A stretch of DNA of 63,710 nt, counting the filler, from Dugesia japonica (Eukaryota), in assembly GCA_001938525.1 (NCBI GenBank). It is 5 parts of 5 records of this genome, joined end to end, with 100 filler letters (N's around TTAATTAATTAA, not from the genome) between each part and the next. Parts side by side here need not be neighbours in the genome. Positions count along the whole stretch, not along the records: positions 1 to 22,079 come from MQRL01598344.1; positions 22,180 to 34,968 come from MQRL01342764.1; 3 more parts are not named here. The stretch is one strand, 5' to 3'. Of the stretch, positions 13,851 through 26,754 are shown in pieces. Made by a program: the position numbers and the translations under genes. The notes beneath the pieces were generated by a model, which searched no databases, was not told the DNA's origin, and was given only the letters and a program-made list of their open reading frames with translations. Positions within the stretch are counted from its first letter, which is position 1, and each line of letters opens with the position of its first letter.

Positions 13851-14828
13851 TATTAAAGGACAGTAGGAAACTACTTTTTAGACATANNNNNNNTTTTTTA
13901 TTTCAATAAAGGCAAATCAGCTGCAAACAAGCTTTCAAAAATATTTGACGTGTACTGTCCTGAAGCAGTAACAGAATGTACTTGCCAAAATTGGTATAAG
14001 AAATTTATTGAAAATTTATGGAAATTTATCATTTGAAGATTCCGTCTGTTCTGGTAGACATACGAAACCTTTAGAGACAAAGTAAAATCTATCATTGAAA
14101 ATGATAGACACACACTATTTAGTGAAATAGGAAGGCAGTTTTTTAAGACGTAATCAGACCAATCCATTTTTGAATAAATTCACAACTGGCGATGAAAAAT
14201 GTATTATTTATAATACTGTTAATCAAAAAAGACCATGATTCAAGCCCGGCGATACACTAAAAACAACACCAAAGGCTGAAACTCATCAGGAAAAGATCAT
14301 GTTGTCAAAATAGTGAGATTATAAGGTAATTTTATATTTTGAACTCTTACCCATCAACATTACGATCGACTCAAATGTTTATTGTCAGCAATTAAACATA
14401 TTAAAGAATTCTTTGTAGCAGAGACGTTCAAAATTAGTAAAACGTGGAGGTGTAAACCTCACACATTTTGAAGTTTAGCCAAAAACTACTAGAACTTTGC
14501 TTGGATTTGATGCCACACCAACCATATAATCCTGATATGGGACCATCAAACTGGTTTGGTCTCTGTAAAACTCTTTGTAAAATCCTTTACCATTATGATA
14601 NNNNNNNNNNNNNNNNNNNNNNNNNNNNNNNNNNNNNNNNNNNNNNNNNNTACAAACGTTCTTAGAAGCATTTTTTGTTGAACAAAATCAGTAATTTTAT
14701 TAAAAGGGAATCATGATAATGACAGCGTAATGGCAACAGATTATCGATAATAATTGCCAAAAAGTTATTAAGAATAACTCTTTATTTCATTTGTAAAAAC
14801 TCGACAAAACTTTCTGGACAACCTAATA
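13851..14828 (+). mobile_element. Degenerate mariner element
   Basis: Reads VYCPEAVTECTCQNWYKKF (HTH), FLNKFTTGDEKCIIYN, LYFELLPINITIDSNVYCQQL and PHQPYNPDMGPSN. 3' TIR-like ...AACTTTCTGGACAACCTAATA. Confidence 0.85.
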
Positions 14829-15847
14829 TTTTTACTCTGATCTTATCCACACACATTCCACATTAACAGACTTTATTTTTATTAAAATAATTTAGCAGAT
14901 AAAACAGTTTAATTATTTTAAATAGTTTGATAAAATCAATTTAATAAAATTAATTATAAAACAATTTTTAAAAATAAAAAAATTTAAATAAATTTATAAT
15001 AATCCGAAAAACTTTATATATACAACATATTATTATACAACAATAAAATTGTGTTTCGTATAAGAACTTATTATTTATAATTTTTTTTTAGCCTTTTGGT
15101 GTTATTTTAGTGGATTTGAAATTAATTATTTTTAATTTAATTTTCCATTAAGTTAGTTAATGAATTTTCATTTTATTTTTTCATTTTTATCAATATTAAT
15201 TTAATTATTATTAAATTAATAAATAATAATTAAAAAATTCAATTTTGACGATCAAATAATTTGTAATTTAATTGAAAAAATAATTGAATTAAAATTTATT
15301 AATATGCTAATATTTAAATTGTATGTCAATCAATAAATATAATTGATAGTAATTTGAAGATTTTTATTTTCATATAAAAATAATAAATAAATTCAATTTC
15401 TAAATTGAGTCTTAGTTCAGTAAAAAAATAATGCAATTTTCTCTTCTTTTTCAATTACTTGAAATAAAAACTCGTTGCAAATTAAAAACTGCTCTTCAGT
15501 ATCTCGTATTTCTGCATATTTTATTCGAATCGCATTAAGATTAAAGATCAAATCATAAAAATTCAATGCTATATATTTTGTTTATCCTTTCATTGAATTA
15601 ATTCTACGTATTTCTATTTAGACTCATATTCCAAATCAATGGGTTTCTTGTTTCTTAATTTAATTACATTTTTTTAAAAAAAACTCTATAATTTAACGGA
15701 AAAAGATGTTTTGATGTTTATATTTCAGAACACTGGAAATTCTTCTATTACTCGAATTAAATTTAATCAATTAAATCCATTAATCTACTGTTTTTTCTTT
15801 TGTTTTCTTTATTGAATCTATCCATTAAATTTTATTCTAATTATCAG

Positions 15848-15971
15848 GAAGGAAATCAAGAATGGATATCAATGGACAGCGAAATTATAATGCAAAGTGG
15901 AGTTATTGTTGGAACTCAATCTCCAACGGGAAATATGCTGCTAGTCGATTGCCGTTTTGAGCTGCCCTATG
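15848..15971 (+). CDS. unc-13: Host exon: unc-13/Munc13, end of the N-terminal C2A region
   Basis: Flanked by ttatcAG and GTtag. Encodes EGNQEWISMDSEIIMQSGVIVGTQSPTGNMLLVDCRFELPY, which aligns without gaps to my recalled UNC13A sequence [41 protein letters not shown]. Ends in phase 1. Confidence 0.85.
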
Positions 15972-16149
15972 GTTAGAATTTATGTTTTTGTTTTATGGAT
16001 AATTGTTGCAGTATGCCTATAAAAATAGTGTTTTTCACTATAATTTCCATTTATGTTTTATTACACTATTAATCTTATCAAGTTAAAATGGCGAAAAGAA
16101 TTGTTAATTTTCATTTTAATAAGTTAAGTTAATATTTAAATGAAAAACG

Positions 16150-16570
16150 TTTTTATTTAAAATGTTACACAAGCAAGATCAAAATTATTGTTCATTTATT
16201 TTATCAATTTCTCAATATTTTAGCTATGTCTTCTTCAGAAACTATTGTTCAATAATTTTTTGTTATAAATTTCCAAATGCAAACACAATTCACATTAATC
16301 TGATTAAAATTAATTTTTANNNNNNNNNNNNNNNNNNNNNNNNNNNNNNNNNNNNNNNNNNNNNCTATTTGTTGTTAACATATAAATAAAACTTTTTAAA
16401 ATTTTTTAAAATTTAAAAAATTTCCTTTAATTATTGATTAGTAAATATCTAAATAATTTTGATGAAGAAATCTTGTATTTAAAATTTTTCACAAGCAAGA
16501 TCAAAATTGTTGTTCTTCTATTTAATAAATTGTTCAGTATTTTGGCTATGCCTTCTTCAGGAACTATTGT
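16150..16570 (-). repeat. Two-copy tandem repeat (period about 320 bp), each with a decayed minus-strand hammerhead motif
   Basis: CACAAGCAAGATCAAAATT...TCTTCAG.AACTATTGTT occurs at ~16168 and ~16490. Reverse complement of 16532-16564 is GTTC-CTGAAGA-A-GGC(ATA)GCC-AAAA-TACT-GAAC. Confidence 0.6.
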
Positions 16571-17235
16571 TAAGTTAATTTATATTAATATAAAATTCAT
16601 TTCGTATAAACATTGTAAAACGAACCATATATTTACAAATTTCAAAATTTTTTCTTAGTTGAAAAATCCATTGTATTCATATTTACATACCTGAAAAGGA
16701 GGTATTTTTTATACTAGTTCTGTTTGATCTATTTTAACATGTATAATTTTATCATTATAATCAAAGTATGTAGATGTATATTTTTAAAAAAATTAGTTGA
16801 ATATTATCCTAAAAAAATCGATTTACGCTAAAATCTTATTTTACAGGGTTATTAAAATTATTCTTGCAAAAGTTTTTTGTTATTTCTTAAATTTTATTAT
16901 TAAAAATGGTCTAAAAATTTTTTTTTCAAAATTTATTACAATTCACAATATTTATTTCATTTTATTACAATTTAAGATTGTCCTGAGTTCTATATTTTAT
17001 TTAGTGTAATTCAATTTAATTAAAATTATTGAATTTTTTAATCGCATTTCTATTGACGAAAATTTTCCTTCCTATTTATACAAGTTATCAAGTTTTAATT
17101 TTTTAGAACGATAGCATGGTGTAATTGTAACTGTAATTTTAAATCAAACCAACCATTGATGAAAATTTTAGAAAATCTATGAGGTCACTTGCAAAAGAAC
17201 TAATCAGAAATGTTGTCTATAAAGACATCATATAT

Positions 17236-18160
17236 AAGTATAACCTGCATAAATAAAACAAAAATAGGACCAAGAAAAATTGTTCTGTTTAAGCGTTATA
17301 TAATTTAAGAAAATAATTAATGTTAAAAAATATAAATTGATATTAGACCTTAAATAACTAATCGTTAAGAGAAAAAACTTAGATAAACTTCATTTACGTT
17401 GCATAAATTAGATAATTCTTATTCTTTCAAAAATTTATCTTAGAGATCATTCTCTATATTTAATAAGCTTTTGTAGATATTGTTTATTGGTTATTGCATT
17501 GTTTTATTGTAGATATTATCATTGTTTTCCACATTAAAATAAAATTGTTTCAAAAACATTTTATACTAGTTACATTATCGTCGATATCTTGATGAGCTGA
17601 ACAACCAAGAAAATTTATCCATTACTGTTTCTCTAGTTACAATCCCATTTTAACAATACGTTTTTAAAAATATCAGTCTTCATCCAAGTATTCTTGTTTG
17701 CATAATAGTCAACATGATCCAAATACTTATTTTTCAAAAATATAGACCAGTAATAATAGGGAAATCTTTCCTTTTAAATTACTAGCGCAAAAGAAAATTT
17801 TAAACCTTCTTTTCGAAATTTTATTATCAAAACATTCATCTTCTTTGATTCTCAACGTTTTGTTTGGTAGCATTATAAACAATAAACTGGTTTCAGCACC
17901 ATTAAATATATCACATCTTCTAAAATTTAGTCTTATTTTAGACCATTCTTTATTCAACCGTTGTTCAACACCTATAGATATGAGTAATGGATAAATCTTT
18001 TTTAAAAAAGTTGAATAAATGTGTCTATTTAAACAAAACTAAATTAAAAAGAATAATTTTATTACAATTTAATTATTAATGCAAAAAATGGTACTGGATT
18101 TTATCCTGCTTAATCGAAATATTCTGTTGAGACGAGTTCTATTTAACCAGGTTTTACAAT
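17236..18160 (-). mobile_element. pogo/Tigger-type (DDE_1) transposon remnant
   Basis: ORF 17727-17957 has DIFNGAETSLLFIMLPNKTL...KISKRRFKIFFCAS (DIFNADETGLF..LP.KTL..K.SK.R pattern). Further on is YYANKNTWM. Imperfect TIRs near 17237 and 18158. Confidence 0.75.
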
Positions 18161-20282
18161 AACATGATGAAAGTACAATATATTTAAAAAAAAACAAAAA
18201 AGTGACTAATTAAATCTAAAATGACCTTCAAACAAACTTAACTCAGCAGAAGTTGTAATCTGATAAATCCCAGATGAGTAAAGTTTTAAGCAAGATCAAA
18301 ATGTTTATAGTCGAAACAGTAGATAGTTATGCAGACATCTTTCTAAGGTTCCAAGAATTGTGGGCACAAGATTTCCTGCAATTGTCATTGGTATTTTGAG
18401 TTGTCACCAATGAAAGATGTGTAACACATATGTACTTATTTTTACAAGACTTTATAATTTACGTCACTGCCTATTCTACCATTTTAAAATTAGTTGATAG
18501 GCTCAGGATTAAGTGTGTACCAAAACAGAAAGATTTTGCCTCATCAAAATACTTAAGTAATTCTTAATGAAAGAATGAATTTCTGAAAGATTTCACGACT
18601 TCATAACTTCTAACTTCCGAATCTTAATACATATTTATTACGTTTGCATCGTTATTTAAAAAGAGTTTAATAAACACCCAACAACACCAAATATTCTGTA
18701 GACTTTTACGTATTTTGCATTCTGTCAGTGGAGCGTAAATGTATGTATTTAGTAAATTTGTATTGGATTACTAATGAAACCGACAATCAAGAACCTGAGC
18801 TATCTTCTGTGCAATGAATATCAAAATGAAAACACCTTGGTAGACTATCCATGAATATACGTAAAATATAACCGCATGCAATGTGTTAATAAATTTACAA
18901 AAATAATGATTCCTATTGTTCATGAAATAATATTATTAAATATATGATGACACTTTTGATTTTCTGAAAAATGGACATGAACAATAAATATCTTTCTAAA
19001 TTTTAACAAAAGAATTAATTTAAATTTTCCCCTCACCAGTTTAAAGTATAGTCCACATTTAAATAAAATTGGTATTGATTGAAGTTTTTTTGCGATAATA
19101 TATAATAGATGACGCCTCATTCTTCTCTATTCTCTATTAAAACCAAGTTATTAAGATCCACAAACTTAAAATTCTTAACTGTGTATTTGTTGAGAAAATT
19201 CATATCATCGGTAAAATTTTGTTTTATTATAAACAGCATAATTCGAAAACTGAATTGTCATCTTTTAAATAAAACAACCATATAATTTATCATTATAATA
19301 ATAATTATAATTATAATAATAATTTTTATATTCTTCAACAATATTTTTGCAATTGCAATATATTAGGAAGAAAAATATTTTGCGAAAAAATATATTGTTA
19401 GATGAGTTTGAAATGCTTAACAGATAAATAAAATCAAAACTCGTTTCCATAAAAGATTTATTCTCAAAACAAAACTATATACAACACTATTTGTTTATTC
19501 AAACAAATTAAAATTCCACTTTTTAATTGGTGATCTTTTTTCAAATATTAAAATTTTAAACGAAATTTTAATTTTATTATTAACCCTTTATCTACTGCAT
19601 TATGAACTACTGAACACAATGTCCGTTCGAAAATAGCTTTCTTCCTCGCAAAATTCATCGAACAACTACTGCCATCTATCATGAAAAAGTAGAGTTAAAA
19701 GACTGTTTCTAAAACGTACCATCAGAATATAAGTGTAAAAGTATTTAATGAAAAATTAATGAAAGTAAATTGAAATAACGTATATGAAAATGAAAATTAA
19801 AACAAAATTTTCACACTAAACTAAGTTATTAATTGTCGATATTTCGGTGTAATATAATATAGTTAAAGAAATTAAATTTCTACAGAAAAATTAATACCTT
19901 AAAAAAGCTTCACGCAAACTATTGGAAATTTGAGAAATTACTGAAATTATTAAATTCGCATTCAGAAAAAATTGATATTTCTTCTGTGACATTTGAAAAT
20001 AGTTTTTCGATTTTGATTTGGAATCTAATGCTGTAATTAAACTCTCAAAAAATTAGAAAAAATTTAATTACTTCAAAATGATGTTTTTTNNNNNNNNNNN
20101 NNNNNNNNNNNNNNNNNNNNNNNNNNNNNNNNNNNNNNNNACCAGTTTTTCAAAAAATTACAGGAACTATTTAAAGTCTATCAAATATTTACATAAACTC
20201 TTCTAGTGTGTACGCATCCTCCTACTATTACTACTTTTACTATTTAAAAACATGAAAATATTGATTAAATTTCTTTTAATAG

Positions 20283-20408
20283 ATTTGACAGATAAAGATA
20301 CCGAAGACTTTCAAAATAAATTGGGTCGATTAAACAATGAGAATGAATTCGATTTTAATGGAGAACAACATCCTCGACTTAATTCCTTCGCTCAATGTAG
20401 ACGTATTA
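20283..20408 (+). CDS. unc-13: Host exon: probable next unc-13 exon
   Basis: Acceptor ttttaatAG. Phase-compatible with the 15848-15971 exon, giving (D)LTDKDTEDFQNKLGRLNNENE.., comparable to DIPEEEARYWAKKLEQLN. Donor uncertain (GT at 20397, 20403 or 20409). Confidence 0.6.
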
Positions 20409-20859
20409 GTAATTCTGTATTTGATTAAAATACTCATTTATTTTGATTTTATGTCGATAATTAATATAAATAATTTTTTAAAGTCTAACAGAAAACAAAA
20501 AAACTGACTTCACTTGATTAAATTTTAACTTTTCTATCGAAAAAGTCAACAAATGCATAATTTTTCTTACTGATATTTATCGCTGTTTATGCTATTTGTA
20601 AAATCTACAATTTCCCGATTTAAAAAACTGAAATTTTATTTTGATAAAATATTGAGAAAAATAGTTAATTTATTATATTGTACATAATAATCAATGTTTT
20701 GATTGTTTTAATTTTGTATTTATTGCTTATTTATTTTACATCGAACGTTTATCATGTTCTTCCTACAAAAGAAATTAAATATAAATGATAATAAACATAA
20801 TTATGAGATTTTGTTTATGCGAAAAGTAGTAAGATTTTTTCATTAATATTTTCCTAATA

Positions 20860-21130
20860 TCACAAAACAAACACTAATAGGGATACAAATAGTGTGTGGC
20901 AACTGATAGTGACGATTCACCTAGATCACACTTTGACTGTCGACTCTTAATGCTGTTGTGAACAGCCCATTTTTTGTCATCAGTTATTATCTTCTTAAGA
21001 AATTGATCCAAAAAATTCCATTTTAGCACAAAATTACATATCACAATCTGATCCATTATGATTTTTTCTGATAAATCATCCAATTTTATTGTTACCACCA
21101 TAGTTTTTAACCGCTTTGCAACTGTTGAAT
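20860..21130 (-). mobile_element. mariner transposase fragment
   Basis: DQFLKKIITDDKKWAVHNSIKSRQS matches the DPFLKRIITGDEKWVVYNN..RKRS pattern. Confidence 0.65.
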
Positions 21131-21377
21131 GTTTGAGGATAGAACTTATTCAAGGCATTTGTCTGTTAAAAGTAAAGATTTTATTGAGTCTTCATATTTT
21201 CCCGCTATTTTAATAAATTGTTTATAGAATTTTCTTTCTGTAGTAGTTGGTTGTTTTTTGTTTCATAATTATTTAAATGTTCAGAAAGAAATTCAAAATT
21301 TGTCTATTAAAATAAAGCTACCAATTTATTTATTTTGACAAAACTTTTATGTGTACTGTGCTCCTAAAGATTACAAA

Positions 21378-22010
21378 ATAACAATGAAAGAAAGACCTGT
21401 TGTCAATGGTTCTGACACTCCTTCTACCGCATTATAGTGATGTATAAAAATCACTATTAAGTTTCATGCCGGCACATTTATTAAGCGAATTAAAAATTAT
21501 GACTGGAAGAATGATGATGAATTTGGTTCATTAGATGTAACAAATCTATATAAATGAATTCCAATTGAACGACCTGAAAATGTCATTGATATTGCAAGTG
21601 ACTTCTTTGAAAGATACAAAGAAGATACAGATATTCCAGAAATCATCAAAAATGATTTCAAATATCTTATTAATTTGTCTCTTCTCTAATAGTTTTTTCA
21701 TCAATGAACAACCTTTTAAACAAAAAGATGGTCTTGCAATGGTTATCAATTGATCCCCAATTCTAGCGATTATTTTTAAGAACTTTATTGAAAATAAAAT
21801 AATTTTTAAAGATAACAAGAAAATTCATCTATGATTTAGATACATATAGATAAAATTTTCTTTGTAACAAATTTTCCTTTAGAGAACACTTTAGAAATAG
21901 CCAATAGTATTAATGATAATATTAAATTCACTTTAAAAAATTCAATTGAATTTCAGATTCATTTTTGGATACTTTAATCCAAAAGAAACCTGTTGATATA
22001 TTAACTACCC
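21378..22010 (+). mobile_element. Penelope-like reverse transcriptase remnant
   Basis: Ordered motifs RPVVNGSDTP, SLDVTNLY.*IP, QKDGLAM, SPILAIIF, *FRYID, IKFT and FLDTLI, broken by stops and frameshifts. Confidence 0.8.
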
Positions 22011-22079
22011 AATTATATATGAACTGACTTATTTTACCATGCGGTAATAATACTATTGCCAAACTGAAAATCGGTAAAA

Positions 22080-22179
22080 NNNNNNNNNNNNNNNNNNNNN
22101 NNNNNNNNNNNNNNNNNNNNNNNTTAATTAATTAANNNNNNNNNNNNNNNNNNNNNNNNNNNNNNNNNNNNNNNNNNNN
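22080..22179. other. Artificial contig-joining spacer
   Basis: 44 N + TTAATTAATTAA (stops in all six frames) + 44 N = 100 bp. Confidence 0.95.
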
Positions 22180-23784
22180 AAACTCTATACCAAAAATTTT
22201 TTCTAACTTCGCATTTTTGACCAATTAAATTCCACACCAAACATTTTTTCTAACTCCTCTCAGGGGAGATTGGTGTAGTGCATCACTATGACCCTACTAA
22301 TGGTATGTAATTATTATTTCATTTGCGTATTATTTATATATTAACAATTTAATAGGGTTTTATAGGTTTAATGGGTTTATTTACATAATAAGTAATTTTG
22401 AGTATTAACACGTATATGATTGTAATGAATTAATTTAATTATTTATGTTGTATGATGTAATTAATGATTGCATTGCAGTTAATTGTATGAACACTAAGTC
22501 ATATTATTTTACTTGATTAACAGATCAAGTGTACATGGTACATTGTGCGTGCATTTATTGGGCTTAATAGGTGTTGATTTTAACAGGTTTATCGAGTGTT
22601 AATAAAAACACTATATAAACCTCATAAAAAATTATAATACTATATGAAATCCAATCAGACTATAAAATCCTTTAGAAACATAATGAAATCCTGCAAAAAA
22701 CACAATGAATCACTATTACAAAACTATTGCAACACGAAAAGGCCATATAAAATCTTAGAGATAAAACCCAAAAGACCATATAAAAGCCCGGTAATTCATA
22801 TATTTTATCCGGAGAATTTCCGGTTCCAACGGAATGGAAAATATTTCATTCCGCTTATCCCTAGTTTAAATATTGTTTTCGGTGTTTTTTTCAGATTTTA
22901 ATTTATTAAATAGAAATTTAATTTAAAACTTTTAATTTAACTGAATTCAATAACAAGAATAAATTTATTTAAGATTTATTAATAAAAACTGTTATGTCAT
23001 TCATATAGTTTTACAAAATTTGCTACATATATTGTACAAATTTAATTAAAAAATAGAAATGTTCTGTTACTATCAATAACAATTGTTAAATCGAAATTTC
23101 AAAAAGTTAGTGAAAAAATAATTACAAGTGAGTTTATCAAATTTCAATAAATATACACAAAATTTCAATAAATATACATTAATTTCAATAAGTCACATAA
23201 CACTTTCAATTTAATAAATATAAACATCGTTGAAATAGACTAATTTTACTAAGAGTTGTGTAAATTTTCTAAATACATATAAAAAGTTCAATAAATTGAA
23301 TAAGATACATTGTTGATAATCATGTAATAATTGATTAGTTTGAATATTTTGGCTCTAAAGTATAACTGACAATAACATGATTTTATAGTCTACTATTTAA
23401 GTTAATATGATGAACCAACTAATTCATTCAACTTAGCTTGCTTGAATTCATAAAACTTTAAAAAATTTAAGCTATAAGTAATATAAACTATTTTCAATAA
23501 AATATAAACTCATTTTTAAGTATACATCTGATTGGGAGCAGCTTAATTCAATAAAATTAAGACACAGTTTTATTAAGACTCATACAAAACCATCAATTTA
23601 TCTAAAACATGCAAATTTCAACAGGTTTATAGAGATTCCATCCTCAACATATCAAGACGATTTCCGAATTAAAACAAATTATCGTTTACGCCACTACACT
23701 CATTCGTTAAGTAGGTCAAGCGAACATTTTCATCTCTATTTGAAAATTCATTAGTAAGTTATCACATATTTAATTATGACTTAT

Positions 23785-25148
23785 AGTCGTGAGACATGTC
23801 AGCATGGCACCACGGGGGGTACCCCCTTTCCGTGGTGCCGTAAGAAAATTTTTTGGTAAAATTTTTTTTTGACGAGAATTTATTGGCGAGAATTTTTATT
23901 ATTTTTGACAATTTATTTTTTTTTTTGGCAAGTAATTTTTTTTGCACCATTTGTTTTAAAATTAAAAAATAAGATAGGAATGTCTCATGAACTTGTATCG
24001 AAAAATGCTTCAATTCGCCACAAAATGTATGTCAGCATGACACCACTTTTATGAGTCATATTTTAAAATTTTTTTTGCACCATTCGTCCTAATATGAAAA
24101 GGTAAGATAGGAATGTCTCATGAACGTGTATCGAAAAATGCTTCAATTCGCCAAAAAAGGTATGCAAGCATGACACCACTTTTATGAGTCATATTTAAAA
24201 ATTTATTTTTTGCACCAATCGTCCTAAAATGAAAAGGTTAGATAGGAATGTCTCATGAACTTGTATCGAAAAAGGCTTCGATTCGCCACAAAAGGTATGT
24301 CAGCATGACACCACTTTTATGAGTCATATTTTAAATTTTTTTTGCACCATTCGTCCTAAAATTAAAAAGTAAGATAGGAATGTCTCATGAACTTGTATCA
24401 TAAAACAATTTCTTCCAACTAAAAATCATAAAAACCATTATTACGTAATTGATTATGTAAACACTAATTGATTACGTAATCAAAACCATATGAAAACTTA
24501 AAATCTTCATATCTTTCCGAATAATTGTCGTATCAAGTCCATCTTGGTTTCAAAATTCTTAGAATTAAAAGCTCAACATTATTGACTTTTAGTTTGCCAA
24601 AGATTTTTTTTTTCAAACTTGTTTTAAAATTTTTTTTTAATTTTTTTTTGAACAATTTTTTTTGGTTATTTTTTTTTTGATAAATTTTGTTTAAAATATT
24701 ATTTATTTAAAATATGACTCATAAAATTGGTGTCATGCTGACATACATTTTGTGGCGAATTGAAGCATTTTTCGATACAAGTTCATGAGACATTCCTATC
24801 TTACTTTTTAATTTTAGGACGAATGGTGCAAAAAAAATTTAAAATATGACTCATAAAAGTGGTGTCATGCTTGCATACCTTTTGTGGCGAATTGAAGCAT
24901 TTTTCGATACAAGTTCATGAGACATTCCGATCTTATTTTTTCATTTAAGACTAATGGTGCAAAAAAAAATTCTCGCCAAAAAAAAAAAAATTATTGTCAA
25001 AAAAAAATAAAAATTCTCGCCAAAAAATTCTCGTCAAAAAAAATCTCGTCAAAAAAAAATCTCGCCAAAAAATTCAAGTCAAGAAAAAATTTCACCAAAA
25101 AAGTTTCTTACGGCACCACGGGGGGGTGGTACTCCATGTCTCACTACT
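23785..25148. mobile_element. Non-autonomous mini-Polinton-like foldback element (1364 bp)
   Basis: Termini AGTCGTGAGACATG / CATGTCTCACTACT. Perfect 6-bp TSD ACTTAT (23779-23784, 25149-25154). Long inverted arms hold ~133-bp tandem units (about 3.4 left, 2 right). No credible ORF. Confidence 0.85.
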
Positions 25149-26754
25149 ACTTATGTTTGTTATTCTGGCGCGCTTTAATTTTTAGATTGTTAGTAGAGAA
25201 CATTGAAATTTATTTTCTCTTCTCTTCATTTATTTATGGCAGTTATATATTTCAATTTAAACTTATGTGATTACTATGACAACGAAATTAACAATAATTT
25301 AACTAATATGTGGAGTCTATTCCAAAAATTTGAATTTTCTTCCGGAAATAGGTTATTATCTATAATGGAATAAAAAACATAAGGCTTATTAGATATTAGT
25401 AGACGGAGCATTTGTTAGATTTAGTCCTAACTTTACATTCAATTTATCGGAAGCGATTTCGTAATCGGGCTAAAATAATCAACCGTTATTTAGTTTACTC
25501 TTTGATTGTAATGCAATATCTCGAATTTATATTTTCAATACATCAGATATTCATTTGATATAGCTTAAATTCGCTTTTAATAGAGATGAAAATTAAATGA
25601 AAATATAAATTATGGCATATAATATTTAACAATTACGTTCGATCGCTTGGGAATGTAGGTCGGATTCATTGATATAATAAAACATAAAGTCATCAGTTCT
25701 TATATAGATAGCTGGTATTCAGTAATCATTTCATATTTTCTACTTACAGCTTATTCAGTTTTCTTATTCGTGTGATTTAAAGACCTTGGAACATGAATTT
25801 CTCATTACTAAATTACTCCGCAATGTTGGTTGCTAACAGTAAACAGCTCGCTTTAAATAACATTTTATCGTAATATTGATAAAAAAAACTCCTCAATCTT
25901 TACATGAATCTTTCAACAAGATCAGAATATTACAAAGCTTAAAAAATAAAATTTGATAAATTTTAGATGCAGTTCAACTGGTGTACAACTTAACTAGTAA
26001 TGAATTCATCAAATAACGACTCAAAACAGGGAATAAAAATTCCAATGAAATTAAAATCTATTAAATATAATTTAAAAAGTTTTTAAGCAGTTGATGATAT
26101 AAATAAGTGCATCAAGTAATAACTGAAAATATGTAAATAAAAATCCTACCGAAGCTAAAATATATTGAATATAATTTAAATTGTTTACAAGCATTTATGA
26201 CAGTAATGAAGTCATCAAATAATAAACGTTTTACTATTAATAATTTTATTTTAAACAACAACTTCGTACTAATTATTCAAAAGCAAAATTAGATCATGAA
26301 AGTCACCTCATACTAATTAACAAAAATCAAAAATAATTCACCTAACCAAACATGTAAATCATCATGAGAGTAAGCATCATCGATCTCGGTCCTATCATTT
26401 CTTTTTCCAAAAAAATATTTTCAATAATCTTACATTGCATCTCTTCCAAAAAATGTATTATTTCAATTCCCAAAGGAATCAGAATATTTTTTATTACTGC
26501 TCTTACTAGTAATAATAACAACAATATTATTATAAATAATAAGAATACCATAATATTAATGATTACTATAAAGCAGTTTTTAAAGCAATTTTAAATTTGT
26601 TGTATATTGAGACGAAATTATTAAATATTTTTAATTAAATCATAAAAGAAATTAGTAAACATAAAATTTTACGTATTTAAATGTTTACAAAAAACTAAAC
26701 TTTAAATTTATAATTTGTAGTAAAGTTTAAATATATTAAATGAATTAATTAAAC

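Noticed and set aside
15461-15506. Minus-strand CTGAAGA-GCA..TGC with a 6-bp stem I, hammerhead-like
   Set aside because: The GAAA box is absent; too decayed to call.
22124-22135. Recurrent TTAATTAATTAA as a biological motif
   Set aside because: Always centred in exactly 44+44 N; it is an assembly spacer.
22790-22863. hAT-like terminus (reverse complement TAGGGATAAGCGGAATG)
   Set aside because: No matching second end or TSD found.
23940-24400. Regularly spaced repeats resembling a CRISPR array
   Set aside because: Whole ~133-bp units repeat with no unique spacers, there are no cas genes, the context is eukaryotic, and the units are part of TIR arms.
23774-25270. Lys-rich ORFs 23774-24013, 24917-25270 and 24994-25185
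   Set aside because: They arise from A-tract repeats in the TIR arms and cross element boundaries.
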